A program made the translations under genes and the position numbers. Shown piece by piece: positions 12,815 to 23,740 of a stretch of DNA of 64,000 bases (positions within the stretch are counted from its first letter, which is position 1; each line of letters opens with the position of its first letter). The notes under the pieces are model-generated. The model searched no databases. It was not told the origin of the DNA and saw nothing but the letters and a program-made list of their open reading frames with translations. The DNA comes from Tubiluchus corallicola (taxonomy: Eukaryota; Animalia; Priapulida): positions 1 to 64,000 of the forward strand of contig JAQGDQ010000801.1 in the NCBI GenBank assembly GCA_030141605.1, read 5' to 3'.

Positions 12815-12926
12815 AACCTCCAGCACCTCGTATTCCAGGTGGTCACCCATCCAAGTACTAACCCGCCTCGACGTTGCTTTACTTCGGTGATCAGAGGAGA
12901 ACCAGTGTCATCAACGTGATTTGAAC
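12815..12926 (-). pseudogene. Diverged 5S rRNA-derived copy (5S pseudogene or 5S-SINE head)
   Basis: The reverse complement atcacgttgatgacactggttctcctctgatcaccgaagtaaagcaacgtcgaggcgggttagtacttggatgggtgaccacctggaatacgaggtgctggaggtt aligns to invertebrate 5S rRNA, with many substitutions and a damaged 5' end. Confidence 0.85.
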
Positions 12927-13074
12927 AACCGGTATCTTCAACGCCGTACTCGTGTATAAGCAGATGCTCGTCAAATACAAGAATTGCAAACTTGCTACAT
13001 AGGAACATGTAGTAATGCGTATAAATTCTCCTCAAGTACCAGTAAAATTCATACTAACTTTCGTTTATTAATAA

Positions 13075-13536
13075 TCTGCTGCTGCTACTGCTACTCCTAC
13101 TGCTGCTATTACTACCACCCACTACACACTGCCTCCCACTACCCACTATCCACTACTACTACTACTACTACTGTTGCTGCTGCCACTACTGTTGCACTTT
13201 TGCTGTTGCTGTGCTATTACTGCTACTATTGCTGTTGCTGCTGCTACTGCTGCAACTGCCACTGTTGCTGCTGCTACTACTGCTACTATTGCTGCTACTG
13301 CTGTTACTACTGCTGCTGCTGCTACTACTACTGCTGCTACTGCTACTGTTGCTGCTACTACTGCTACTACTGCTACTATTGCTGTTGCTGCTGCTACTAC
13401 TGCTACTGTTGCTGCTGCTACTGCCACTGTTGCTACTGCTGCTACTGCTACTATTGCTGCCACTGCTGCTACTGCTGCTGCTACTGCTACTGCTACTGCT
13501 ACTGCTACTGCTACTGCTACTGCTACTGCTACTGCT

Positions 13537-13567
<31 letters not shown>

Positions 13568-13919
13568 CTACTGTTGCTGCTGCTACTGCTACTACTGCTA
13601 CTGCTGCTGCTGCTACTACTACTGCTGCTGCTACTACTACTGCTGCTGCTGCTACTGCTACTACTGCTACTATTGCTGTTGCTACGGCTACTGCTGCTGC
13701 TGCTGCTGCTACTACTACTACTACTGCTACTACTGCTGTTGCTACTGCTGCTACTACTGTTGCTGCTGCTACTACTGTTGCTGCTACTGCTGTTGCTTCT
13801 ACTACTACTGCTACTATTGCTACTGCTGCAACTGCCACTGTTGCTGCTGCTACTACTACTGCTGGTACTGCTACTGTTGCTGCTACTACTGCTACTATTG
13901 CTGTTGCTGCTTCTACTAC

Positions 13920-13950
<31 letters not shown>

Positions 13951-13978
13951 ACTACTACTGCTGCTACTACTGCTACTG

Positions 13979-14022
<44 letters not shown>

Positions 14023-14867
14023 ACTGCTACTGCTGCTGCTGCTACTGCTACTACTGCTACTGCTGCTGCTGCTGCTACTGCTGCTGCTGCTGCTGCTACT
14101 ACTACTGCTGCTGCTGCTACTGCTACTACTGCTACTATTGCTGTTGCTACTGCTACTGCTGCTGCTGCTGCTGCTACTACTACTGCTACTGCTACTACTG
14201 CTGCTGCTACTGCTGCTACTACTGTTGCTGCTACTACTGTTGCTGCTACTGCTGCTACTGCTGTTGCTGCTACTACTACTGCTACTACTGTTGTTGCTGC
14301 TACTACTACTGTTGCTGCTGCTACTAGTGTTGCACTATTGCTGTTGCTGTACTATTACTGCTACTATTGCTGTTGCTGCTGCTACTGTTGCTGCTGCTAC
14401 TGCTACTGCTGCTACTGCCACTGTTGTTGCTGCTACTACTGCTACTATTGCTGCTACTGCTGTTACTACTGCTGCTGCTGCTACTACTACTGCTGCTGCT
14501 ACTGCTACTGTTGCTGCTACTGCCGTTACTGTTGCTACTGCTACTGCTGCTGTTGCTACTGCTACTGCTGTTGCCACTGTTGTTGCTGCTGCTACTGCCG
14601 TTGCTGCTGCTACTACTGCTGCTGTTGCTGCTGCTACTGTTACTACTGCTACTGTTGCTGCTACTGCTGCTACTACTGCTGCTGCTACTACTACTACTGC
14701 TGCTGCTGCTGCTACTGCTGCTGCTGCTGCTACTGCTGCTGCTGCTACTGCTACTGTTGCTGCTGCTACTGCTACTGTTGCTGCTGCTACTACTACTGCT
14801 CCTGCTGTTACTGCCACTACTGCTACTATTGCTGTTGCTACTCCTACTGCTGCTGCTGCTGCTGCTG

Positions 14868-14946
<79 letters not shown>

Positions 14947-15064
14947 CACTACTACCCCACCCCCCACCCCACCACCACCATTACCACTGCCGCCACCACA
15001 CACAACCACCACAGCCACTACCACTACTACTACACTGCCGCCGCCGCTCACACCACCACCACCG

Positions 15065-15099
<35 letters not shown>

Positions 15100-15103
15100 G
15101 CTG

Positions 15104-15195
<92 letters not shown>

Positions 15196-15429
15196 GCTAC
15201 TGCCACTGCACTACCACCACCACTATCACAACTACTACTACTGCTACTGCTACTGCTACTGCTACTGCTACTGCTACTGCTACTGCTACTGCTACTGCTA
15301 CTGCTACTGCTACTGCTACTGCTACTGCTACTGCTACTGCTACTGCTACTGCTACTGCTACTGCTACTGCTACTGCTACTGCTACTGCTACTGCTACTGC
15401 TACTGCTACTGCTACTGCTACTGCTACTT

Positions 15430-15468
<39 letters not shown>

Positions 15469-15476
15469 CTACTGCT

Positions 15477-15507
<31 letters not shown>

Positions 15508-15602
15508 CTACTGCTACTGCTACTGCTGCTGCTGCCGCTGCTGGTGGGGGTGGTGTTTTGCTGCTGCCGGGTCCACCGTCGCCACCACCACTACAACTAC
15601 TA
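13075..15602. repeat. ~2.5-kb compound trinucleotide array (CTG/CTA/TTG/CCA), including a pure (CTGCTA)n block
   Basis: Direct inspection. The motif gttgcact.ttgctgttgctgt.ctatt occurs at ~13191 and again at ~14329, indicating an internal duplication. Confidence 0.97.
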
Positions 15603-15789
15603 CTTCAAAATTAGCTGCCGTATTAAACGTATCCCCAAAACACTCTATCATTACATTTCTTATCGTCGCAACAGTTAAACATTGGGGCATAGAGGGTTCC
15701 AGTAGTTGAATGAGTCGAGCGAAGAATAAAGCGTTTGAGAAATTTAACGTGATCCAAGTTAGGTATTTCACAGTACTTGTCAGAAACAC

Positions 15790-16091
15790 TCTCCTGTTTA
15801 TATGTCTGTAGGAACGACTGGTTTTTGGTTTTTGTTTTTTTGCTGTTGTTTTATTTTTGTTTTTTGTATTTATGGACGTTTATGTATTTTTTAATAGTTG
15901 TGTTCTGCTGTCATTAGGGGGATTCTTTTGTTTACTGTCTCTCTGAGAAGGGCGGTTGACTCGCTAACCTTTGGTTTTTCGCCATCCTTTCTCCCATGTT
16001 CGTTTGTATTTTTGTATATTTTATTGTTAAATTAATGTAAATTTATGGAGAAAAATGAAAAAATACTTACTTTCTTACTTACTTACTTACT
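15790..16091 (+). mobile_element. Probable LINE/SINE 3' UTR ending in an (ACTT)n tail
   Basis: T-rich UTR, a stem-loop-like gaagggcgg...cgccatcctttc segment, then a tacttacttacttac tail of CR1/L2-clade style. Confidence 0.4.
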
Positions 16092-16259
16092 GTATGTCTA
16101 GTATGTCTAAATCAAGATGTGTACATGTGTACAACAGAGGAAATCGAGTTTAGCGCCACGGTAGTGAACTTTGTACCCATGCTGCACTGTACAACTCCGC
16201 CATTATATTGGAATGGCCTGTTTTTTTGAACAACGTCGTGCGACAGTGTATTATTCGCC

Positions 16260-16329
16260 ATGAAGATACCAATTTCCTTTATACTTTTACTGATATGTCT
16301 AGTTGTGCTACACATAGGCATGGTCTTGG
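16260..16329 (+). CDS. Ly6/uPAR (three-finger, quiver/sleepless-like) GPI-anchored protein, exon 1 (signal peptide)
   Basis: gccATG context. Encodes the hydrophobic signal peptide MKIPISFILLLICLVVLHIGMVL(G), ending G|gtaagc in phase 1, which is compatible with the next exon. Confidence 0.85.
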
Positions 16330-16404
16330 GTAAGCATTTTAATTCCTGTTTCATCTGTAAGCTTACTTCTAGCACTGCGTTTTCTTGTTATATGTGTATA
16401 ATAA

Positions 16405-16816
16405 TCTTTATTTACCATTAAAATACATTGATAATCACTGATAAAAACTTTACAGAGATGATGAATCAGTGTTAGTTAATAAAAACTTACACTGCTAAAG
16501 GCAAATGCGTCAGTGCAATCTAAACTACTGTGCAGTAATGGAAAGTAACGACGAATAAAATCAAACGTATTTACAACTAATGAAAAATGAAAAAACTATG
16601 ATTTAATTAATATGGCCGTGGATATATGAATTGTGAATTAGTGTGTATGCTGTCGTACTGGTGTGATGGTATTTGGTATCTGGTTAATATTAATGATTTT
16701 AATTTTGTTTTAAATGCTGATAGGGACTTGATTTGTTTAACCTGTAATGGTAGAGAATGCCAAAGTAGAATTGCTTGTTTGATTACAGAGTTCGTTCCGT
16801 AGTGGGTATTTGTCCT
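16405..16816 (-). mobile_element. CR1/L2-group LINE 3' fragment
   Basis: Minus-strand RTNTHYGTNSVIKQAILLWHSLPLQVKQIKSLSAFKTKLK matches the W-x-S-L-P...S-L-x-x-F-K C-terminal pattern, followed by a 3' UTR. A near-identical copy lies at 42150-42600. Confidence 0.8.
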
Positions 16817-16928
16817 GTTGTTCAGGAATACGTTGTAAAAATTAGAAACCAGCCTCGTCAAAAGTAGTAACGCTGATAAGTGATCTCTCTTGAGGAGCTT
16901 CACTCTACATTGTTGCATACTAAAAAGT

Positions 16929-17526
16929 TTAAAGGATGATTTTTTGAATACTACCTCATTTTCAAGTCGGATAAAAATATATATTTTAACACAATTAATA
17001 CTGCAAAAGCGTTTCTGATAATTCAATAATACATTAAAAAATTAATTAATGGCGGGCAAGCCCAACTATTGATGACATCACAAACTAACATAATCTTCAA
17101 CAGCAAAAATATTCGACGAGCGTGTTGCATGTGTTTGCGAAAGCGAAAATTGATGTACAGTGTTGCTGTAAGATATTCAGTGTGTTGTACTAAAACTAGC
17201 CAAGTTTTAAGATAAAAATTCGAATTTCAGATTTACAGCTGTACTCGCGTATCAGTTGTCGAATGTGTGAAATTCGTCACAAACTAACACATCTGAACTG
17301 AAAGATAGATCGCCTGTTCTTTGTGCAATGCGTATGCGAAATGCAGGCGCTGGTGCCCGTCTAACTAGCAAATGGCGAAATGCATGTAACAGCGAAAAAC
17401 TAATGGCGCGAACATGAAATTGTGTTTGTGTGGTAATAATTCTTTCACGTTAGTCATTTTAAAAAAAATAATATGTTTGCTTTCTATATTTTAAAGAGTA
17501 CACTATTTTGACCTACAGTTTAAGTT
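16929..17526 (-). mobile_element. Kolobok-type non-autonomous element, copy A (reverse orientation)
   Basis: Reverse complement of the ~620-bp element best preserved at 60871-61494. Confidence 0.85.
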
Positions 17527-17585
17527 GCCAACAAATAGCGTGATTGGATAGCCAAGGTTAGTCAAAATTAGAATTGGTTACTATC

Positions 17586-17985
17586 ATTAGTACTTGTGAT
17601 CAAGAGATGGCAGCACAAAGCATTTTGCTTAGGTTTGGCATGTGCTGTTTCCATTTGTACACTTTGCTGTCTACTTACTTTTATAAAGAATGAAATGCAA
17701 AAACTGAAAACAAGCTTCGTCAAATGTAAAAAGTGGTGACTATTATTAGTATTTATTGTGCTCGCGAGATGGCAGCACACAGCAGTTTGCTTAGGTTTGG
17801 CATGTGCTGTTTCATCTGTACACTTTGCTGTCTACTTACTTTTATAAAGAATAAAATGCAAAAACTGAAAACAAGCTTCGTCAAAGGTAAAAGTGGTGAG
17901 TATTATTAGTATTTATTGTGCTCACGAGATGGCAGCACAAGGTAGCACGAAGCAGCAAGTGTCTGTTTCATCTGTACCTTTTGCT
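17586..17985. repeat. ~160-bp tandem duplication (~2.4 copies) between the two inverted Kolobok copies
   Basis: gagatggcagcac recurs at ~17604, ~17766 and ~17926. Confidence 0.8.
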
Positions 17986-18064
17986 CTGTATCTTATACAA
18001 TACAATATTAATGCGAGCAAGAATTAATCAAAAATTACAAATACTTTCTGTGGTTCAGATCAGT

Positions 18065-18672
18065 TTAAAGCAAAAAAACATTTCTTAACAAAACTGTAGG
18101 TTAAAACAATCTACTCTTCAAAATATTGAAAGGAAACATGCTGTTTTTTTTCAAAAATGGCTTACGTGAAAATATTATTAGCAGACAAACACAATTCGAC
18201 GCTCGCGCCACTAGTTCTTCGCTGTTACATGCATTTCGCCTTTAGACGGGCGCTATTGCCTGCATTTCAGAACCGTATTGCACAAAAAACAGGTGATGTA
18301 TCTGTCAGTTCAGATGTGTTAGTTTGTAAGGAATTACACACGTTCGACAGCTCATGCATGAGCACAGCTGTAAATTTGAAATTTGAATTTTTATCTTAAA
18401 ACTTGCCTAGCTTTAGTACAACACACTGAATATCTTACAGTAGCACCGTACTTCAATTTTCTCTTTTGCAAACACAATTCGCTAACGTGCAAATTATGTT
18501 AGTTTGTGATGTCATCAACATTTGGGCTCGCCCGCCATTAATGAACTATTTAATCTGTTCTTTAATTATTGCAGCATAATTTACTTTTGCAATACTAATT
18601 ACATTAAAATGTATACTTTTATCGGATTTGAAAATGGGGTAGTATATGAAAAATCATCCTGTCTTCCTTTAA
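18065..18672 (+). mobile_element. Kolobok-type non-autonomous element, copy B
   Basis: TTAA-AGCAAAA...TCCTGTCTTCCT-TTAA. TTAA target with AG...CT termini. Confidence 0.85.
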
Positions 18673-18745
18673 TAACTGCGAGTAAGACTCAGTCGCTTGC
18701 TTGTACAAGTAACTGATAGTTATAGAATTACTCTAATGATTTCAG

Positions 18746-18901
18746 GCCAGGAGGATCCTCGATATACCTGCTACGATTGCCAATGGTCAGTGAATGACAA
18801 TCAGGATTATTACTGCCAGGACAAGCTAAATCCAGACAAAGCCGTGGGTTATCTTCTAAATGACTGTCTGGCTTGCTATAAAGTTAAAACTAAGACAAAT
18901 G
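18746..18901 (+). CDS. Ly6/uPAR-like protein exon 2
   Basis: tttcag| and G|gtatga. 156 nt, reading (G)QEDPRYTCYDCQWSVNDNQDYYCQDKLNPDKAVGYLLNDCLACYKVKTKTN. Contains LU-domain cysteines 1-5. Confidence 0.92.
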
Positions 18902-18951
18902 GTATGAATAAGTCGTGTTTTCTCTTTAAGATTTAGATTTTTACATTTAAT

Positions 18952-19520
18952 AGATTTATTTCGCAATAAACATATGCATATACATTACATGTGCATCGAT
19001 AATCAGTTTTTGTTAATACAAAAATATGATACAATTCATGAATTCTGCGCTAGAGACCTAAGAAGCTAGCTTATGGTAGGCCACTAGAATTAGTTACGAA
19101 AAAATTACAATATATACAGATACAATATTACAACATATACAGATATAAATACGGGTGGGAAGTAATAAAAATATTATTATACTAGAGGGGACGTTTTTGA
19201 AAATGAAAAACAACAAATCATGATTGAGTGATCAGTTATATGTTTCAAGTAAGTTTAATTTATAATTTTTTTTTAAATATGGACAGCGAGTTGGCATTTT
19301 TAATAGCTGGAGCAATTGAATTCCATATGTAAGGGCCATTGTATTTAATAGAAAATTTTCTAACATTTGTGTTGCACTGTATATAGTGATAGTTCAGTCT
19401 ATAACGTGCACCGTAATTATGTATCTCAGCATTCAAACAAAAATAATCAGTAAATAAGGGAGGCAATAATTTATGAGAGAATTTCTACATGAAAATGGCA
19501 GTTTGGAACTTATTAATGTC
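18952..19520 (-). mobile_element. CR1/L2-group LINE 3' fragment in Ly6 intron 2
   Basis: LPPLFTDYFCLNAEIHNYGARYRLNYHYIQCNTNVRKFSIKYNGPYIWNSIAPAIKNANSLSIFKKKL is a typical RT C-terminal region. Confidence 0.8.
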
Positions 19521-19669
19521 ATAAGCTATATAGATTAAAAGTGTATTACACACTTCTTCTTTTAACTACTACTACAATATCCAGAAATGAACGTGTTAAA
19601 AGCCATGAACTAAAACTTGAAGACCCTTTTAAGACCAACTCCACTCTACGCACACAAGAAGTATTTGCA

Positions 19670-20110
19670 CAATTAATTTTGATAACGGACTTGAAAGACA
19701 GGAAATGTGAAAACATTGGATTTGAACCAGCGATCTGCTGATTACAAGGCAGACGCTTTGGACTACTAGGCCATTATATGCCTCAGTGCTCAAAGCAGTT
19801 TTTAGTTCTTCCCTTATAGCTGGAGACCAAATTCAACAGTGAATCCAATATCATTAAAGTGTTTCTAACGAATTAAATTATTTTTCCTTAATTTGGTTAG
19901 TTCTAAACCGGAAGCCATAGTGACCAATTAACTATTATTATCTTAATGTCAAGATTATTATTATTTAATAAAGTTACAACTTAATAAAATTTTCATACCA
20001 AACTTCAAAGATAGGAAATGTGAAAAAGCTGGACACAGCCTGGATTTGAGCCACAGACCTTCCGCTTACAAGACAGATACTTTATACCTATAGGCCACTG
20101 TATGCCGCAG
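19670..20110 (-). mobile_element. Two degenerate tRNA-derived (SINE-like) heads
   Basis: The minus strand shows A-box-like tggcctagtag and B-box-like ggttcaaatcc at ~19717-19783, and again at ~20040-20106. Related sequence occurs at ~55220-55290 and 46460-46710. Confidence 0.55.
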
Positions 20111-20748
20111 CGGTCAAGGATGTCCAAACTTCATCCCTATAAAGTGATCACTGGCAAATAGGAGTAAAGGAAAGATGTGTTAAATAATGATTTTGATTAA
20201 ATTGGTGATTAAATTATTAAATTAATAATTCGAGATTAAATGCTTTACGATGCAAGATTAAACTATCGTTGTGGATAGAAGCCTAGTTAAGTGTGGCATT
20301 ACGTGACCAGCTGATGTTCGACCGGCTGACTCAGAAGTAAAGATTGATGATGTAATCCTTATGCGCAGAAGCTCATATGGTACATTAGGTAGTTAGACAA
20401 AAGTGTTTTGAGGGAGATGAGGAACTGACTTGAAGACGGAGGGCTGGCATTACTATCCTCTTATATTTACTGTGTTGTGTTTGTTGTTTAATAAATGTGA
20501 AGTTTGTTAAATAAAGTCTTGATAGTTTGCCATGCCCATCGTGGTTCTCTCACACGCTACGCAATAAACAACAATAATCAGCAAGCAGCTTTAACCACAA
20601 CAATAAATAGATTTTAACCAATAATTTTACTATAGGGATACAGCAGTCGCTTTGTGGTCTATGGCCTGACCAGCAATAATTGTTGGTACAACTAACTAAG
20701 TAAACTTATTTTTGGATCACACTGTACATTAGACAACAATTTTTACAG

Positions 20749-20957
20749 GTGAGCAAACGTCAGTCATACGCCGATGTTTGAACTACAGAGAAGTGAAGAA
20801 ATGCAACGTTCAAGAGTCTGGTGGTAGTCGCACTGAGACTTGCTACTGCAACAAAGATTATTGCAATTCTTCTCTTGGGCTGACGTCATCTTATGACGTC
20901 ATTTTTTACGGACTGGCCACATTTATTCTTATGTGGTTATGGCACAGAATTTGTTGA
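20749..20957 (+). CDS. Ly6/uPAR-like protein exon 3 (CxCxxxxCN motif plus GPI signal)
   Basis: tttttacag| acceptor, then (G)EQTSVIRRCLNYREVKKCNVQESGGSRTETCYCNKDYCNSSLGLTSSYDVIFYGLATFILMWLWHRIC*. The domain has 10 Cys in total and a hydrophobic C-tail. AATAAA at ~20983 and ~21146. Confidence 0.92.
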
Positions 20958-21210
20958 CGCTGTGTTTTTTCCTCATTTGTAAATAAACTGTATGTAAATT
21001 TATACGCATAAAGTTCGAACACATAACGAATTTTACTTTTTTACTGTCACCAGCCTTATGACTTTTGTATAATTTAAATCAGTTTAATTGTGTTATATAG
21101 AAGAATTTTTGTATCGATAACCAGAAAGTTAGCAATAACTACGTAAATAAAACTTCACTTAGTGTTTATAAGCTACGCAATTGAATTAAGAAATTTAGTA
21201 GTGAGTGCAG

Positions 21211-21944
21211 TACAATAAATCCTCGCTTAGTGAATTCGTGTGAAAAGATGAAAATCTTTAACAGGAAACGTCGTTAAATGGAGAGACATTAAGCGAGGAC
21301 CAACTGCCAGTCCTTGCTTAGCGAATATGTTTCAAAAGATCCACATCTTTAAAATGAAACGTCGTTAAACGAGGAATCGTTAAGCGAGGACCAACTGTAA
21401 GGCCTCACTTAGTGAATTCGTGTGAAAAGATGAAAATCTTTAACAGGAAACGTCGTTAAATGGAGAGACATTAAGCGAGGACCAACTGCCAGTCCTTGCT
21501 TAGCGAATATGTTTCAAAAGATCCACATCTTTAAAATGAAACGTCGTTAAACGAGGAATCGTTAAGCGAGGACCAACTGTAAGGCCTCACTTAGTGAATT
21601 CGTGTGAAAAGATGAAAATCTTTAACAGGAAACGTCGTTAAATGGAGAGACATTAAGCGAGGACCAACTGCCAGTCCTTGCTTAGCGAATATGTTTCAAA
21701 AGATCCACATCTTTAAAATGAAACGTCGTTAAACGAGGAATCGTTAAGCGAGGACCAACTGTTAAGGCCTCACTTAGTGAATACATGTCAAAAGATCCAC
21801 ATCTTTAAAATGAAACGTCGTTAAACAAGGAGTCGTTAAGTGAGGACTTACTGTAAGTCCTTGCTTAGTGAATACGTGGCAAAAGATCTGCATCATTAAA
21901 TGAAACGTCGTTAAACGAGGACTCGTTAAGCGAGGATTTACTGT
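21211..21944. mobile_element. Tandem array of eight ~91-bp pogo/Tigger-like mini-MITE units (alternating A/B, 182-bp higher-order repeat)
   Basis: Outer ends caataaatcctcgctta / taagcgaggatttactg are inverted. Each unit is bounded by cctcgctta...taagcgagg. Confidence 0.75.
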
Positions 21945-22138
21945 GGTCTGAAATTTGTGTACTACTGTGTACTTTTTTATTATTATGTAAGTAATTTTAT
22001 AAAAACATTCAGTGTCATAATTAAAATGTTTCCTGTTTTCGATAAAACATGTCCAACTTTTTACAGAGCCCGTGCCTGAAGCACGAGGCTTTTTAGAGGC
22101 ACGGTCTTTATAAAACAGCAAATGCCTCAATTCATTTC

Positions 22139-22343
22139 AGAGAGAGAAGGAGAGAGAGAGATGAGAGAGTGAGAGTGGGAGAGAGGGGGAGACGGGAGAG
22201 AGAGAGAGAGAGGGGGGGAGAGAGAGGGGGAGAGAGAAATGAGAGGTGAGAGAGAGGGGGAGAGGGGGAGAGAGAGATGAGAGAGAGATATATATGAAAG
22301 ACAGAGAGAGGGGAGAAAGAGGGAGAGTAAGATGGAGGGAGAG
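22139..22343. repeat. GA-rich low-complexity tract
   Basis: Direct inspection. Confidence 0.9.
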
Positions 22344-22463
22344 GTAATGCTCTGGGTTCCTAGTTTAGAGTGGACTGTGGGTTACTTGTACATTGGTTGA
22401 CCTTGTGCCTATGAGCAAATGTAACGCACATTCACCTGTTCAGCCCAATATTAAATATTAAAC

Positions 22464-22786
22464 GCGCCATCTATGAAGTTTACGATAAAACACTCCGTCT
22501 CCTTTTGCAGGCAAGATATACTACACTGGCGCCATCTATGAAGTTTACAATAAAACAGTCGTCTCCTCTTGCAGGCAATATATACTACACTTGCGCCATC
22601 TATGAAGTTTACAATAAAACAGTCGTATCCTCTTGCAGACAATATATACTACACTTGCGCCATCTATGAAGTTTACAATAGAACAGTCTGTCTCCTCTTG
22701 CAGGCAAGATATACTACACTTGCGCCACCTATGAAGTTTACAATAAAACAACCGTCTCCTCTTGCAGGCAAGATATATTACACTTG
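22464..22786. repeat. 64-65 bp minisatellite x 5
   Basis: The gcgccatctatgaagtttacaataaaac... unit starts at 22464, 22529, 22593, 22657 and 22722. Confidence 0.93.
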
Positions 22787-23033
22787 TAACATGTGGAAGT
22801 CTAAGACGTAAGCATGGAAAAATTTAATAAATATACACAAGCATAATGTCATGATGTGTTTAAAACTCTAACAAGATTTACAAAGAAATAAACTGCACCG
22901 ATAATATTTTTTCCTGCGTCTATTATAGTCAAGAATGATTTTTTTGGTCTTTGGTCATAGATAAAAATCTGAGGGATTTAGAACTATACACATTTTCAAT
23001 TTTTTGATATCTAATGCGTTCCACTGTCCATAT

Positions 23034-23395
23034 TGTTGTGGAGATCGCTGGCATCAATTAGAATTGCACAGAACATCGTAGAATGTTCCGTCGGAATGCC
23101 CGCCTTACCATCTGCAATGTTCTCGAACATTAGTTCGGGAAGTTTCTTCTGCGCGCTATATAAGGCGAAGCTTTGCCGCTGACACGAGAGCACACAGAGC
23201 ACGAAGATCTCGCACGGACATATACTTGTATACTTACATACTTAAACGTTTTCCAGATTTTCACGTTTATTGTAATCATTTCAACGTTCCTTCATACTTT
23301 TGTGTTGTAGAATTCTCGCTAAATAAAGCAGTTTTATTTGACGTTTTGTTTTCTGGTTTTCTCTACGAGCCTTCCGAGAGAAACAAAACACAACA
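23034..23395 (+). mobile_element. Solo LTR (362 bp)
   Basis: TGTTGTG...CACAACA inverted termini, an internal TATATAA at ~23157 and AATAAA at ~23322. The flanks catat/tatat give a 5-bp TSD with one mismatch. Confidence 0.75.
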
Positions 23396-23740
23396 TATAT
23401 TCCACAACATTGTTTAGTATTACATTTCAAATTAATCCGGTGTTATGCTCCCTTCTTATAAAAAAAATCTCCAACAACATAATTGTGTAGCTTGTGTCAT
23501 TTAATCTGAGAACAAATAAGATAATTTTATATAATTTTGCTCAATTTTACGGCGAAATCTAAAGCAAATTGATATAATTAACTTTAACAAAGTTTTACGC
23601 AAATTATGAAATCTAATCTCTAGTCTAATTAATTTAATCTTTTTAATAAACAAAGGTTCAAGATTTAAGAAATTAATAAATCAACTTACATGGTGATCTT
23701 CTATAAGTGTAATTATGAAATTATAATTGCATTATAGACA

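Noticed and set aside
12984-15709. Very long ORFs (447, 834, 832, 415 aa) of poly-C/Y, poly-A/T and poly-L
   Set aside because: They are translations of a CTG/CTA triplet array, open only because the repeat lacks stops on that strand. There is no domain or splice context.
19700-20110. Genuine tRNA genes (also at 34420-34475 and 46630-46700)
   Set aside because: Only degenerate A/B boxes are present. I could not fold a complete cloverleaf, so they are treated as SINE-like remnants.
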